Assembly: GCF_001194135.2 (NCBI RefSeq)
Contig: NC_068990.1
Location: 13,048,915-13,112,914, forward strand
DNA length: 64,000 nucleotides
DNA from: Octopus bimaculoides
Taxonomy: Eukaryota
Reading direction: 5' to 3'
The translations under genes were made by a program, and so were the position numbers. Shown here in pieces: positions 13,001 to 26,622 of the stretch (its first letter is position 1; each line of letters begins with the position of its first letter). A model generated the notes under the pieces. The model was not told the DNA's origin. It saw only the letters and a list, made by a program, of their open reading frames with translations, and did not search any database.

Positions 13001-14181
13001 CTCCACTTTTTCAGATTTGAGTTCTATATTCAGTTTGTGACCACATATATTCCTGTGTAAAACATCCTAATGTGTGTGTTTGTGTGCATGCGTGTGTGTG
13101 TGTGCGAGACAGGAAGTCTTCTAGTCTTCATCTACCAAATTCTACTTACAAAGTGTTGGTCAATACATGGCTATAGGAGAAGATACTTGGTTAAGGTCCT
13201 GTGTAGTAGGATTGAACACAAAATCACGTAGTTGCAAAGCAGGACATTTCAGCTGTACAGTCATATCTGTGCCTATGTTGTAATCTGTAATTCACATTCT
13301 TAACAAACATTTTCTTAATAAATTTATAAAAACTATAAACTATAAATGCTTCTGGGACTGACACATTTCTGACGTAGAACAAATTGGTTCTAATCATCCT
13401 TTACCAAAAATAACGATGTCCTGAGATAAAGTCTATGAAACTGTTCAGCATTGTTTTGATTCTTATCTTTTGCTTTGTTATTTCTCTTAAAACATCATCG
13501 AAGATTTTGGTAATTATGTTCACATAACAGGAAGTCATCAAAGATATTTCCAAAATTATCACACGGCACATGAATTAAACCATTTATATGTGTAAATATA
13601 TTGGATTTTGCTGTAAATATTGCCCTCTTTATCGTTTTCTTGCTATCTCCTATAAAATGACTTCCTAGAGATATCAACTATGTTTATGTACATCAAATAT
13701 TTTAAGCAATTGTATTCTACAAAGATACAAATTCATAATCTATATCCTTGCATATTTATAAAATAGCAACTAGGAAATGGAATCAGTATTAAATTCTCTT
13801 CAGCTTCACTAATTTGGTAATGAGCTTCCTTTATGAAAGAGTCCAATGAGGAAGTGAAGTGGAAGATATAAAATGAGCATGCTAGTCTATGACACGAGAC
13901 TTAGCGTTATGTAAGTTAGAAAGATGACTGCCTGACTAACTATGTTTAGATGGTTATGAATAATAATGATGAGAACAGAAAGAATTGCAAAAAAAAAAGA
14001 AAGGAAATAAAAAGCATGGAAAATATGATGACAATCATGAATTTAATGTTATTGCCATTCGTAATTGTTACTGCATTTTTAGTAGATTTTCATGGGGGTG
14101 CAAAATTAACAAGAATAGGAGGAAAGAAAATAATATTCTGCAGCAATAAGTGAAAGCTTCTTGTACTTCATAATAGGAGAA

Positions 14182-14233
<52 letters not shown>

Positions 14234-14487
14234 TCTTCTTGTTCTATAAATTATTAATAGAATTATCACAGACATTACTGAAGTATCTTCAATAAATTAT
14301 ATGATAAATGAGAGGATTTCACTGAAGCTTAACATCTTTCTCATTGTCTAGTGACTATATTGAAACTCATTGTTCATTATTTGTCTGACAAGAAAAATTT
14401 GTTCATTTTCACAGCTTGTCTGTTTTGGATTTTATGCAGGATTAATTTCTGCATTTTTTATTTATAAATGTGTATTTGTGTATCTGA

Positions 14488-14555
<68 letters not shown>

Positions 14556-15107
14556 GTATATTATTGTCAACAATAAGTAGGTGGAAAAATTGATGCTTAT
14601 AATTAGGTTTCTATCTAATATCATTCAGTCTTATTTCTAAGGTTTCTCAAAATCTTTCATATTTATCTCATTTCTGTCTTATCTTCATCCTACTTAAGAA
14701 GCATTTTCAAGTTTTCTGTTTGTTATTGTTGATTTTTTTTTGTTTCATTCATTTTTTTTTTTTTTAACTGGATTGAAATGAAGAGAAGAAAATAAAGAAC
14801 CTAGTCACCTTCAAAGAGCAATTAAAATACTAGCGTAATTGCTCATTTATGATCCACTGCAACACAATTTTAAGTTACCTATATGCAATCAAATTCTTCA
14901 CTTACAATTCTCCAACCCATACAAATAGACACACGCACACACATGTATGTATACACATATACATATACACACACACATATTTGTTTTAATGACTGCTTTT
15001 CCATGGCTGCATTAGAAAAAATTTATTGAGTTTAATTTTCTGTGGTGGGTTACACTTCCTGTCTCCGTTCCTCACCTGCTTCCAAACAAGATAATATTTT
15101 CTCTTAG

Positions 15108-15330
15108 TGATGGTGGTGAGCTGGCTGAATCACAACCAAATCAGAAAAAACTGCTTAGCAGCATTTCTGCAGATTATGCATTCTGAGTTCATATGCCTCT
15201 GGGGTTGACTTTGCCTCTCATCCTATCAGGGTTGATAAAATAAGTACCAGTCGAACACCAGAGTCAATGTAATCGATTTAGCCCCTCACCCAAAAATACT
15301 GGCCCTTGTGCCAAAATTTGTGACCAATAT
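15108..15330 (+). mobile_element. SINE family B, degenerate
   Basis: gtgagctggc...ttctgagttca...gactttgcctctcatcc...gataaaataagtaccag. Confidence 0.8.
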
Positions 15331-15479
15331 TTCCCCTTATTTCTGATTTTGTTTAAGTAGAAGGTTGCAAATTAAACAACACTCCTTGTGTTAGGGTAAA
15401 AAGAGATTGAAGTTTAGGTATAAGTTTGTTGATAAAAGCTGTTTCTGTCACCTTTGAAATGCAAGAAGAAAGTTCTATT

Positions 15480-15660
15480 GGACAATAGTTGGCACAATCA
15501 GAGTAGTTAACTATCTTTGGAAACGGGGCACATGATAATGTATTTTCAAAGATTGGGATATATTCTTGTAGCTGGATTCAGTACAGGTGAGACTATCTAT
15601 GGAGTGCATAGTTGAAAGGTAAAGGAAGGGGCAACCAGAGATACTCATGCTCATGATATG
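15480..15660 (+). pseudogene. Possible RTE ORF2 C-terminal remnant
   Basis: MECIVER*RKGQPEI resembles the EGxVEGKRxRGRP motif, with a GHM-like segment upstream. Weak. Confidence 0.3.
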
Positions 15661-15724
15661 TTTCAGTATGCAGTGGTAAGCTTACTGAAGTGCAATAACA
15701 CAATTTTGAATGAGATGTACAATG

Positions 15725-15956
15725 TATTGGGTTGTCCGGAAAGTTTATGCCAATTTATTGTAGCTTACCTTTCAACTTATTTGCCATGAAACCACCTCAA
15801 TTCTGGGAAGAGGGTATTTTCAAGTTAAAGGAAAGATGGAGATGCATTGTGCAACAAAATGGTTCATATTTGGTTGATTAAAAATGTAATGGCAAGTATT
15901 TATTAACCTTTTTCTTTCCTTTCAAAATCGGCAAGAACTTTCTGGACAACCCAATA
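15725..15956 (+). mobile_element. Internally deleted mariner element (MITE), copy 1
   Basis: TIRs ttgggttgtccggaaagtt / aactttctggacaacccaa with a TA TSD. Retains EEGIFKLKERWRCIVQQNGSYLVD*, a mariner transposase C-terminus. Confidence 0.9.
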
Positions 15957-17551
15957 TATAAAGTGTGAATTTGTATTCAAAGTAACTAGCAAATGTAAAG
16001 GTGTTCTCCATGGAATTACTGCTTATGGCAGCATCAATGTTTTGTGTCAATGTGTCTTTGAAGTATGTAACTTCTTAAAGATGGGATTCCATTTAACTTT
16101 CATTAGTAAAATCATTTTTATTAATGGCTTATGAATTTTTAATGCATCCAATAATTAAATTTTCCTATTATAGTGTTAAAAAATACATTTAAACTAATTT
16201 AAGAAACTTTCAATTATCTGCAACTGGATAAGCTTGGAAATAGAACTATTTTTAATGACTTTGGTTTTTGGTGCAAGAACAAAGGAAAGTGAGAATATTG
16301 AAAGCAAAATGTTGAATTGTCATTCCATATTTCTGCTGTTCTGGTTGATATGGTAGTGGATTGGTAGAATTCTAGAGAATGTCAGACGAGAAACCTACAG
16401 TATTTAGTTGCAACACTTAAACATACTGAGTTCAAAACCATGTAATGATCAACTTCATCTTTTTTCCTCAAGGGATTAATAAAATAAAGCAAAAGTCAAG
16501 TACTTTGGTCTGTTTAACAAATCAGCCGAGATGTGAATGGAAATATTAATTAAAAAAAAAACATAGAGGATACTTTCTATTTTTGTCTTTTGCTTTTACA
16601 CCCTTTAACTCTGTAATTAAAATTTTTTGGTCCTTCCTGTAATGATGCTAATTATGATTAAAAACAAAAAACATTTACATTTTCTGTTTCTGCAATATGT
16701 TTTCAATATCTCCTATAATTATGGCTTTCATATCCACCTCTTGAAGTATTAAATTCTCAGAGCTTAAAGAGATAGTTGATGAAATGAAAAAATTGAGAAA
16801 AGCTAAAGAATTGTCTGTCTTTTATAAAAATGTGTCACTGTAGATGTTTCTGCTTCTCACAGCATTAGGGGAGGTTGTTTTTGTTTTGTTTTTTCCAAAG
16901 CAGTAGGGTAATACCATTTTCCACAATTAATGGTAATAAAATTATGAGCAGATATATCGTATATATATATATATATATGAGCATTTAAAGGGTTAATGCT
17001 TTTTATTTAATATTCATCTTTAGTTGTCATTCTTAAGATACTAAGTATGTACTGTTTCATGGATCATCAGTTTATTTAGGTGATATTTGTCCATTGAAAA
17101 CATCTCTGGAGTATAAGAACAATATCATATTCTTATAGAATTCACAGGTTCTATGTGATTTCTTTGTCAAACATTTGCATTAGAAATAACTGTTGACTCT
17201 TTCGCGTATTTTCAAATGTGTGAGAGTCGCATACAGCAAGATGGGTATTTGTTCCACTACATTCTTAAGATTTGGTAAACTTACAATTTTAGATTCATGA
17301 AATAAACATATATAGAATAAAAAAAATAACTGATGGAAAATATAAGAAAAATGTGAAGAAAAAGTGCATACAGCCTTTAGAACATTATCAGTCAAATCAA
17401 TGCACTTTAAAGTGGAGTATAAGAACTTAGATTAGAAATAAAATTAAATACCTAAAAAATTTAAAAGATGCTTTAAAAAAACCTTTGGCTTATTGGATAA
17501 CAGAATTATCAGACGTTCAATCGGTGTGTGTATGAGACATGTGTGTGTGTG

Positions 17552-17598
<47 letters not shown>

Positions 17599-17978
17599 NN
17601 NNNNNNNNNNNNNNNNNNNNNNNNNNNNNNNNNNNNNNNNNNNNNNNNNNNNNNNNNNNNNNNNNNNNNNNNNNNNNNNNNNNNNNNNNNNNNNNNNNNN
17701 NNNNATATATATAAAATGGAATTCTACAAGTGTTTAAATACATACTGTTTCAAATAAAATAAACATACATATACACACAACACAAATCATGTACTGACTA
17801 GGTTTCACTGGGTCATGGACTTCAAATTCTTTTCAAGAGCCATAATGAACACACATATCTGTATACATGAATATATACATACATGCATGCACACACACGC
17901 ACACACACGCACACACAGACACACACACACTCACACTCACACTGGAGACTAATAGGTAATGTCATTACAGAAATCAGA

Positions 17979-18200
17979 TTAAGGTGGTGAGTTGGCAGAA
18001 CCGTTAAGGTGCTGGATGAAATTCTTACTGATATTTCACCTGTCGCTACGTTCTGAATTCAAATTCTGCGGATCTCGACTTTGCCTTTCATCCTTTTGGT
18101 GTCAATAAATTAAGTACCGGTTACTTACTGAGGTCGATCTAATCGACTGCTCCCCCCCCCCAAATCGCGGGCCTTGTGCCTAGAGTAGAAAAGATTACAG
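17979..18200 (+). mobile_element. SINE family B (tail type 2)
   Basis: aaggtggtgagttggcagaa...ctttgcctttcatcc...ggccttgtgcctagagtagaaaaga. Confidence 0.88.
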
Positions 18201-19152
18201 AATCAGCTAGCATGTCTTCTTGCTGTATATGTTCTGTCTTCTTGCTGTATATGTTCTGTCTCATTGCTCTTTGAATCTAAATGAAGCTAAGGTCAACTTT
18301 GCCTTCTCCATTTCAAGAATTCATAATGAAGTGCCAGTCCTAAGTACAGGATTGGTGAAAGTTTTGGCACACCAAATGAGATGTATTATCAGTTCTGGAT
18401 GTTTATAGTCTGAGTTCAATTTTACTTGCTTACTGGAGTCCCATAAATAGCAAGTTAAACTGGGAAGTGCTGGCATCATGTCTGATGTGAAAAGGAGAGT
18501 CTTCTTATGCAAGTCCTACGGACTCACAACAATTAATGTGAGATCATAAGTGACATACGCATTCAGAAAGTGCATAAGAATTAGTAGAAGAATATATGTA
18601 TATGTGTGTTTGTGTGTGTAAATCATATGATTCAGAAGAAGTTCAGATAATGAGATATGATATAAATAAAGTATGAAAGATGAAGTTTATAGTCTGATAA
18701 ATCTTTACTGGGGTTTAAAACAATGAATAACTTTTGAAATATAGATTAATTGGAATCAAACCATTGACATTGTTAGGACAATGGTTCATAAAATCTGATA
18801 TGTTGTGATTTATATTTTCTTAGATAAGCTATTTTGAACACATATGGGGTAATACTTTCCAGTTTTAAACAACAGAAGTAGTTTAGTAGGTTACTTTAAG
18901 TTATAGTTTTGACACAGTTATCTATTTCCTTACCATTCAAAGAGCACCATTAATATTGGCATAATGACTCACCCAAAACACAACAGCACCATTAATATTT
19001 GTTGTTTAATCCTAGGTCAGACCTTACCTGATCAAACTGATGTTTGACCATAGACATTCAAGCTATGATCTTTCTGTCAATTTTTTTAATATGTAACTGG
19101 TGGACTATATTATTTACTGAGTCTTTCAGGTTTTTGAGATGGTAGGCATGAT

Positions 19153-19369
19153 TTAACCCTTTAGCATTCAGATTACTGTCAAATGTATTGCTTATTTATT
19201 CACATTATTTTGAATTAATCTTGCATTATCTCGTAGCTTCAAGATTTCAATGATGTAATTGTTTATCTTTAGAATGACACTGTAGTGTAAGAGACTAGAT
19301 CTAGTTTGAACATGAAACAGGTAGAATATTTTTGGCTGGATAAGGACAGTTTAAATGCTAAAGGGTAAA
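19153..19369. mobile_element. piggyBac-like MITE, copy 1 (others at 21040-21264 and 26393-26622)
   Basis: TIR ccctttagcatt / aatgctaaaggg, TTAA on the left. The copy at 21040 has TTAA on the right. The three copies share internal sequence. Confidence 0.8.
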
Positions 19370-20368
19370 GACAGGTTTGGTTATTTCTTAGAGGTTGAAC
19401 ATCCATATAGATAGCTCAAAGAGTTTATTTGACTTCCTCAGACATGCAGTTAGGTTTTGCTATATAGCTATTAGAGAATATTATAGAATTGATGAAAAAA
19501 AAACAGGTTTTTTTTAATGTTCCTAATTTACAAATATACATGTCTGTGTGTAAATACTTAACTGGCACAGGAGTTAATCATGATTATCTAAGTGGTTCTT
19601 CCAGTATAAGGTCCTTAATGTTGACCCGAATGTGGCCACTTGATTGCATTAGCACACACCACAAGTTGTTGTCTTTTCTTTTCTTCTTTTTCTTATACTT
19701 TCATTCAGGCATGACTGTGTAGAAAATAAGTGCGCTCCCAATGTATGGCACCTTGGGCAGCTGTCTTCTACACCAGCCCTGGGCCAATCAAAGCCTTGTG
19801 AAAGGATTTTGTAGGAACAAACAGAGAGAGGCCTACCATGCATGTGCATGAATGTATCTGCTTATATCTCCTTGTCTTGGCAGCACATGATAATTGTAAA
19901 TGAGCATAGCCATCATACAATCAATGTTATTTATTTCCAGTCTTCCATAAAAGCCACAGGGAAGTAATTGTTTACTTGAGAATAGGTGAGGTTTGCTGAC
20001 AGGAAGATCATCAGGCCATTAAAAATTTGTCCCTAAAAATCCCATCTGACCAATGCAAGCATAGAAAAGTCGGCATTAAAATGATGATGATAATGATTGG
20101 TGATTGATGAGCTCATTAATGTTGGTGGCACAAAATAAGCACCCAGTACACTCTGGATGGGTGTGTAAAATACTTCTCTCAACCTAGTTTTGCTCTGTAT
20201 TTAAAGGGTGACTAAACTGTTAGAATCCATGGGTTGAAAATTTTAACATGTTTTCTTTTTGTTGTTTTTTTTTCTGTGTGTTTCAAATTGTGTATGTATG
20301 TGTGTGTGTATGTATGTATGTTTGCATGTATGTATATATAGATGTGTGTGTATATATATGTGTATATG

Positions 20369-20401
<33 letters not shown>

Positions 20402-21039
20402 ATACACACATACACACACACATATGAAGAAGTGCCATTACTGCTTCATTGTTTAAAGCTAATTATCAAGGGAAGTAATCCAGCTCTACGTTATATGAAC
20501 TGACTCCTCAGGGCTGTATACCTACATTCAGAGAATCGACTATTATATATCATAAATATATATGCCCATAATGCTCAAAATATATACACTCATGTACATA
20601 AAATTGGACATTACTTGATATAGAATACCTACCATTGAGCAGAATGAGATTACATTATTCAGTATAAGGGAAAATGTGGTTTTAATAATGGAATGAATGA
20701 CTGTGAACTAAGTTAACTGTGACTTATATATTTGATTTTTCTTTCCTAGTAGGAATAATATTGTATAAACTATAGGGTTATGGCTGAAGAAGTTCAGATT
20801 CATGTAGTTTCACCACACTGGGTTTATCTAGTAGAGCTTATCCATCTTAAAACTAGCACATATAATCATATTTGAGTTCAGAATAAGAAATGAAATGCTA
20901 CTACTTTCATTGTTTTCCTTTGGAACATTACTGACACAAATGAAGTAAAAGTAATTCTAACCAGGGATCAGAACTGAATCATAGATTTAGTTTGCTTGAA
21001 GTTTGCATCTATTTCATAGACTTTGATCCAGATAGAGGC

Positions 21040-21264
21040 TTGACTCTTTAGCATTCAGATCTCTTTGTCAAATGTATTACTTATTCATTCACATAGTTTT
21101 GAATTAAGTGTGCGCTAGATATAGCTTCCAGATTTCAATGGTGTGCTTCTATATATTTAGAATGACATTGTAGCATATGTGTGAGGTAGGATCTAGTCAG
21201 TTCTAACATAAAAAAAGTAGAACATTTGGGTTTGATATGACTGGATTAAATGCTAAAAGGTTAA
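21040..21264. mobile_element. piggyBac-like MITE, copy 2
   Basis: ctctttagcatt...aatgctaaaagg-ttaa. Confidence 0.75.
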
Positions 21265-21537
21265 AATGGAATAATCAAATATTGGGGAAAGACAATATAT
21301 AATATAGATTGCATTTTGAAGACTCGAAGCTACTTTCACTTTAATAGTTTAGCAAAGAGAAAATATATTAATTTACTGATGTGGTACAGGAATAGCTATA
21401 GGCACTGTGTGATTAAGAAAATCATTTTGCAACCACTTGGTTTTGCATTCATTTCCATTGTGTGGCACATTTGGCAACTGTCTCTTACTATAGCACCAGG
21501 TTGACCAATACATTGTCAGTGATTCGGTAAATATCTA

Positions 21538-21584
<47 letters not shown>

Positions 21585-21706
21585 TTATCTATCTATCTAC
21601 ACACACACACGCATATATATATACACATATATAGCATGATTTATTCACAATTAGTGTTGTTTGAAAACCTCGGTTTGTGAACGCCTGTGATCACAAATAA
21701 AGCGTG

Positions 21707-21747
<41 letters not shown>

Positions 21748-22419
21748 GTATATTTAATTTTACATTGTCTGAGTCATAAATGTCAATTCGCTAATTTATT
21801 CAGATATTTAAAAATTCTGATTTTCTGACTTTCATTTAAAGATGGAATAAAATGACATAAAAGGATATTCTTCGTTCTCTTTTCAGTTTTTTTTTGTTTT
21901 TTTTTCAAAAACATAATCAATGTTTGTGAGAGGGAAATTGCTCTGACTAAGAGTTGAAACTATTATGGTTATGGTCAAACCAATATCTTGTGAGTGAATT
22001 TCATAAATGGAAATTGTTTGGAAGCCCATTTTATGTGTGTGCCATTGTACTTGTATTTCCCATTATCTGCTTGACCACTGTTGTTGGTTTGTTTACATCC
22101 CCATGACATAGTTGCTCAGCAAAAGAGATTGATAGTGTATGTATCAAACACAAAATCATAAGCACCTAGTGATTATAACTGGAAAGTGAAACTAAGTCTT
22201 CTGTTGCTATCTTAGTCTCGGAACTTGAAAGCAGCTGATATTTTAGCATGTGGTCCACCTCTATTTCCATACTCAAAATTGTGTGAAATAACCTGATCTG
22301 TCAACTGAAACCTCAATCAGTTTTGTAACCTTTCATGGTAGGAAATTATTACCTGTGTTCACCTTTTTTGTTTTACTCTTTGACCTGAATTTAATTAAGC
22401 ATATAACATTAATAATAAA

Positions 22420-23056
22420 TTATTATGCAGGCAGGAGTGGCTGTGTGATAACACACTTGCTTCCAAGCTATGTGGATCCAGGTTCAGTCCCACTACATGG
22501 CACCTTGAGCAAATGTCTTCTACTATGGCTTCAAGCTGACCAAAGTGGATTTGGTAGGCAGAAACTGAAAAAAGACCATTGTATATATATATATATATAT
22601 ATATATNNNNNNNNNNNNNNNNNNNNNNNNNNNNNNNNNNNNNNNNNNNNNNNNNNNNNNNNNNNNNNNNNNNNNNNNNNNNNNNNNNNNNNNNNNNNNN
22701 NNNNNNNNNNNNNNNNNNNNNNNNNNNNNNNNNNNNNNNNNNNNNNNNNNNNNNNNNNNNNNNNNNNNNNNNNNNNNNNNNNNNNNNNNNNNNNNNNNNN
22801 NNNNNNNNNNNNNNNNNNNNNNNNNNNNNNNNNNNNNNNNNNNNNNNNNNNNNNNNNNNNNNNNNNNNNNNNNNNNNNNNNNNNNNNNNNNNNNNNNNNN
22901 NNNNNNNNNNNNNNNNNNNNNNNNNNNNNNNNNNNNNNNNNNNNNNNNNNNNNNNNNNNNNNNNNNNNNNNNNNNNNNNNNNNNNNNNNNNNNNNNNNNN
23001 NNNNNNNNNNNNNNNNNNNNNNNNNNNNNNNNNNNNNNNNNNNNNNNNNNNNNNNN

Positions 23057-23121
<65 letters not shown>

Positions 23122-23315
23122 CTGTCTCCCCCATCACCACTTGACAATTGGTGTTGGTATGTTTATGTCCCTGTAACTTAGTGGTTTGGCAAAAGAGGCC
23201 GATGGAATAAGTACCAGGCTTAAAAAATAAGTATTGGATTCGATTCATTTGGCTAAAAATTCAAGGCAATACCCCAGCATGGTCGCAGTTTAATGACTGA
23301 AACAGCTAAAAGATA
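22420..23315 (+). mobile_element. SINE family A with an assembly gap (22607-23056) in its internal (TA)n
   Basis: Head ggagtggctgtgtg...ggttcagtccc...ccttgagcaaatgtc; tail ccagcatggtcgcagtttaatgactgaaac. Confidence 0.85.
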
Positions 23316-23326
23316 ATTAAAAAACA

Positions 23327-23694
23327 TTATTACCTCTACCATAGCGAAGGCAAAGGTATTGTTTCCACTCATATTTGTTTGTTGTCCATGGACAAGATAT
23401 CTCAAGAGCTGCTGGATAGATTTAGATGAAACTTTCAAGGATGTTTGGCCTCGTGACTGGCATGAACTGATTAGATTTTGGGATCGATCTGGTACTGGAT
23501 AAAGATTCTGGATTATTTTTCCTGCTTTTTTACTTAATTTCTGAGAGCAGTCAGGTTCATTTTTAGTATTCTCATTTGTGAGAGCAGTCGAGTTTATTTC
23601 AGATATTCTCATTTTAAAAATCATCTCTGGCTAATCGTTGAGAGGACGTTGGTGTTGCCTTGGTAGAGGTTTTCCCTCTCTGAGTGATCTTGTT
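23327..23694 (+). mobile_element. Helentron/DINE-1-type non-autonomous element
   Basis: Starts ttattACCTCTACCA. Perfect 10-bp subterminal inverted copy TGGTAGAGGT at 23661-23670, followed by a short ctc-tct-gag hairpin and a terminal cttgtt. No TSD seen. Confidence 0.7.
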
Positions 23695-24284
23695 CAGCTT
23701 GTTTTTTATTAACCTGCTGTATAATAGTTTGTGTAGTAGAAGTAAACAACACACTGAAGTATTAAAGTAAAAGTAGACAGCATTTTAAAGAGTAAAGGGT
23801 TAACTAGACCACATGCTAAAGTGCGACTTGAAACTTTTTTTATGATCAGTTACCTCTTCCTAATAACTGCTGAAGATAATATACACACTAAAAAACTATT
23901 ACCATTACTCATTACAAGCTATGTATTCTACATTAAGAAAATACAATGATTTAAATCATATTGTTAAGGGATAATAATTACTTCACAAGCTACCACTTAA
24001 TTATTAATTATTCAATGTGTATGGGAAGTATCAATTAGACATTTGGGAGTTGCTAACAGATATTCTTCAGATAGCAGCAACAATTAATACTGGAAAATAA
24101 AGGTGCACTGTTCTTCGATTCAAATGTTTACTTAGTAAATAAGAATGTCTGGAGGCTTAAAAGAAAAAGAAAAAAAAAGACAAGTAAAAATTAAGGAAAT
24201 CATGACATGATGTAAGACTTTTAACCATCTGTGCATTCAAATCTATTGATGATATATATATATGTGTGTGTATGTGTGTGTGTG

Positions 24285-24323
<39 letters not shown>

Positions 24324-25277
24324 NNNNNNNNNNTATATATATATATATGTGTGTATATATTTATGTATATATCTACATGTATATATATGTATATGTATAT
24401 ATCTACATATATATATGTATATATATATATATCTACATATATATATATGTATATATATATATCATTTATATATCTATTGCATCATATATGTGTGTGTAGT
24501 CTCTTCATTTTCCTTTTATCTTGTTTTTTGTTTTCCTAAATCTTCATTGTCTTTTATAAAATGTTCATGATTATCTTGACTAAATATAGACTCTTATACG
24601 CCAAATATCAGTACATGCAGTATGGTATCAAAGCAAAGGTTCACATAGTGAAAATTAATAAAATAAAATATTCGAAAATTATTTTTGTTTGAGGCTTAGT
24701 ATTGAAACTGCCTTACATTTTTTTTTTCTGTCAAGCTCGTAAAAGAATCAAATCTTTGTGCTGTAAATGAATGAGATAGTTGTTAACATACCTTGCTTTT
24801 GTTCCTAACAGTTGTTGACTGAAACTTGGGAGTGGTACCACTTTTACAAGATAAGAGTTACATAACATGTCTATGGGCAGTGTACTATGTTACTGATGGT
24901 AACAATGAACCATGATATCTCCAACTAAAAACATATCCACTCAGTTATCTGCTGTTCATTCTTCTTTGGTCACACTGCTTTCACAAACTCTCATGACTAT
25001 TTGTTGCAATCCAATTCCATTATTATGTATTTGAATTGGGAGCTGGAGTCACAATGAACCCTTCACTAGCTGGTTGCACAACCATGGACACCCCCCCCCC
25101 CTATGGTTACATTGCAGTTATTCTCCTGATAAAGTTTGATGATCCTGACCGTTGATCTTCTAGGATTCATCTGCTCAGCATTAATGTAAAAAGCACTTTT
25201 GGCTCAGTTGAGCTCTTCTGCTACCTCTTCACAATCCTCCATGCTGCACTCTCGTGACTTTACTGTATCCCTTTCAG

Positions 25278-25330
25278 GGTGGCGGAATGGATGCTATATT
25301 TCGCCAAAGAACAGCCTGTTACTATGCAGG
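25278..25330 (+). CDS. Candidate 53-nt exon, possibly upstream partner of 28038
   Basis: Acceptor ctgtatccctttcag, donor GG|GTATGG. The frame VAEWMLYFAKEQPVTMQ ends in phase 1, compatible with 28038. It could equally be a TE remnant. Confidence 0.2.
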
Positions 25331-25684
25331 GTATGGAAGTCACTACTTGAGGCAATTTCACAATACCCATACACCTAACTTTAGTTCATAATTACTATAA
25401 ACAACAGAGTTAAATTAAACAGTATCCTTCTAAATTTCATCATGTGACTCTACAGTTATTCATTGTTAGCCAAAGATTAGTGAAAATGTCGTTTCTAAGT
25501 TTGATGCCAGCTGTTGCTTTGTTGGGGAGAAATTTCAAAGGAAGAACATTAATTGCTTGATACTGAAATGCAACAAAAGAGACTTTTACATTTTCTAAGA
25601 GAGGCTTTCATTTTCATTTATAAGAAACGATGTAGGAAATTCCTAAAATAGAAATGAACCAGTGAAGGAGAACATTATGCAGTC

Positions 25685-26215
25685 ACTCAACTAGCTAGAA
25701 ATAGTAGCTAAATCTCTGTCAAATCACAGTGTACTATCTTAAAAGAATAAAGAAGGATACATTAGATCAGTAGTTCTCATCTGGAGTCCACATGGCCTCT
25801 CAGGATCCATATAAGATTTTGGGGGTCCATGCAACAAAATAGTTAATCGGGGAGCCCCAACAGTATTTTAAGAGCCCCTGAAAAATTTTGCTTTAGGTGT
25901 ATGTATTGGTATGTATTGCAAGAAACAGCTAAGTTTCTTTCTCTAATGTTTTACATAATTCACCCTACACAAAGTAATGTGAGAAATAACAAAATAGGAA
26001 TTTTGAAAGGAGCTTTTATAAAACTAGTTTTTGGGTCCACCAGAATATAATAATAATAACCAAAGGGGTCCATAGATAAAAATGACTGGGAACTCCTGCA
26101 TTAGATAATGTCACTATGGATGGATACAGAAAAAAATAGGGTTGTCAAAACTGGAATGTCTTTACTCATAGATCTGTTTAAGCAGAATTAATTTGGGGTT
26201 AAACAGCAATTAGAA
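25685..26215 (-). repeat. Dispersed repeat family D, split by a hAT MITE (other fragments near 18995, 34255, 39745, 43010, 55965, 63480)
   Basis: Shared gctagaaatag.agc.aaat.tc and tttaacc.cag.tcagcc...gatc segments recur across the window. Confidence 0.6.
25768..26098. mobile_element. hAT-type MITE with perfect 8-bp TSD
   Basis: TIR cagtagttctca / tgggaactcctg; cattagat duplicated at 25760-25767 and 26099-26106. Confidence 0.9.
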
Positions 26216-26392
26216 TTGAAACACATAAACACTCGTATATACATACATTTATAAATCCAGTAAATATGGTTCCTAAATATTTTCCTGTTAGTCATAAGTC
26301 CTTTTATTCTTACAGCCTCTTTCCTCAAACTGTTACTCTTTGGAACTTACTACCATCATCTTGTTTTCCTCTGTTTTATGATATTTAGCCTT

Positions 26393-26622
26393 TTAGCTCT
26401 TTAGCATCCAGATTATTATGTTAAATTTAATGCTTATTTATTTATACTGTTTTGTATTAATCATGTATTATCTCAAAGCATTTGAGATTTCAATGATTTA
26501 ATAGTTTTATTCTTTGAATGACACTGTAGGATATGTTGGAATGGTTGGATCTGGTCAGTTTGTGCACAAAACATTCAGAATATTTTGGCCGGATTTGGTC
26601 AGTCTAAATGCTAGGGGGTTAT
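26393..26622. mobile_element. piggyBac-like MITE, copy 3
   Basis: ctctttagcatcc...aaatgctaggggg-ttat; internal match to 19157-19365. Confidence 0.7.
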
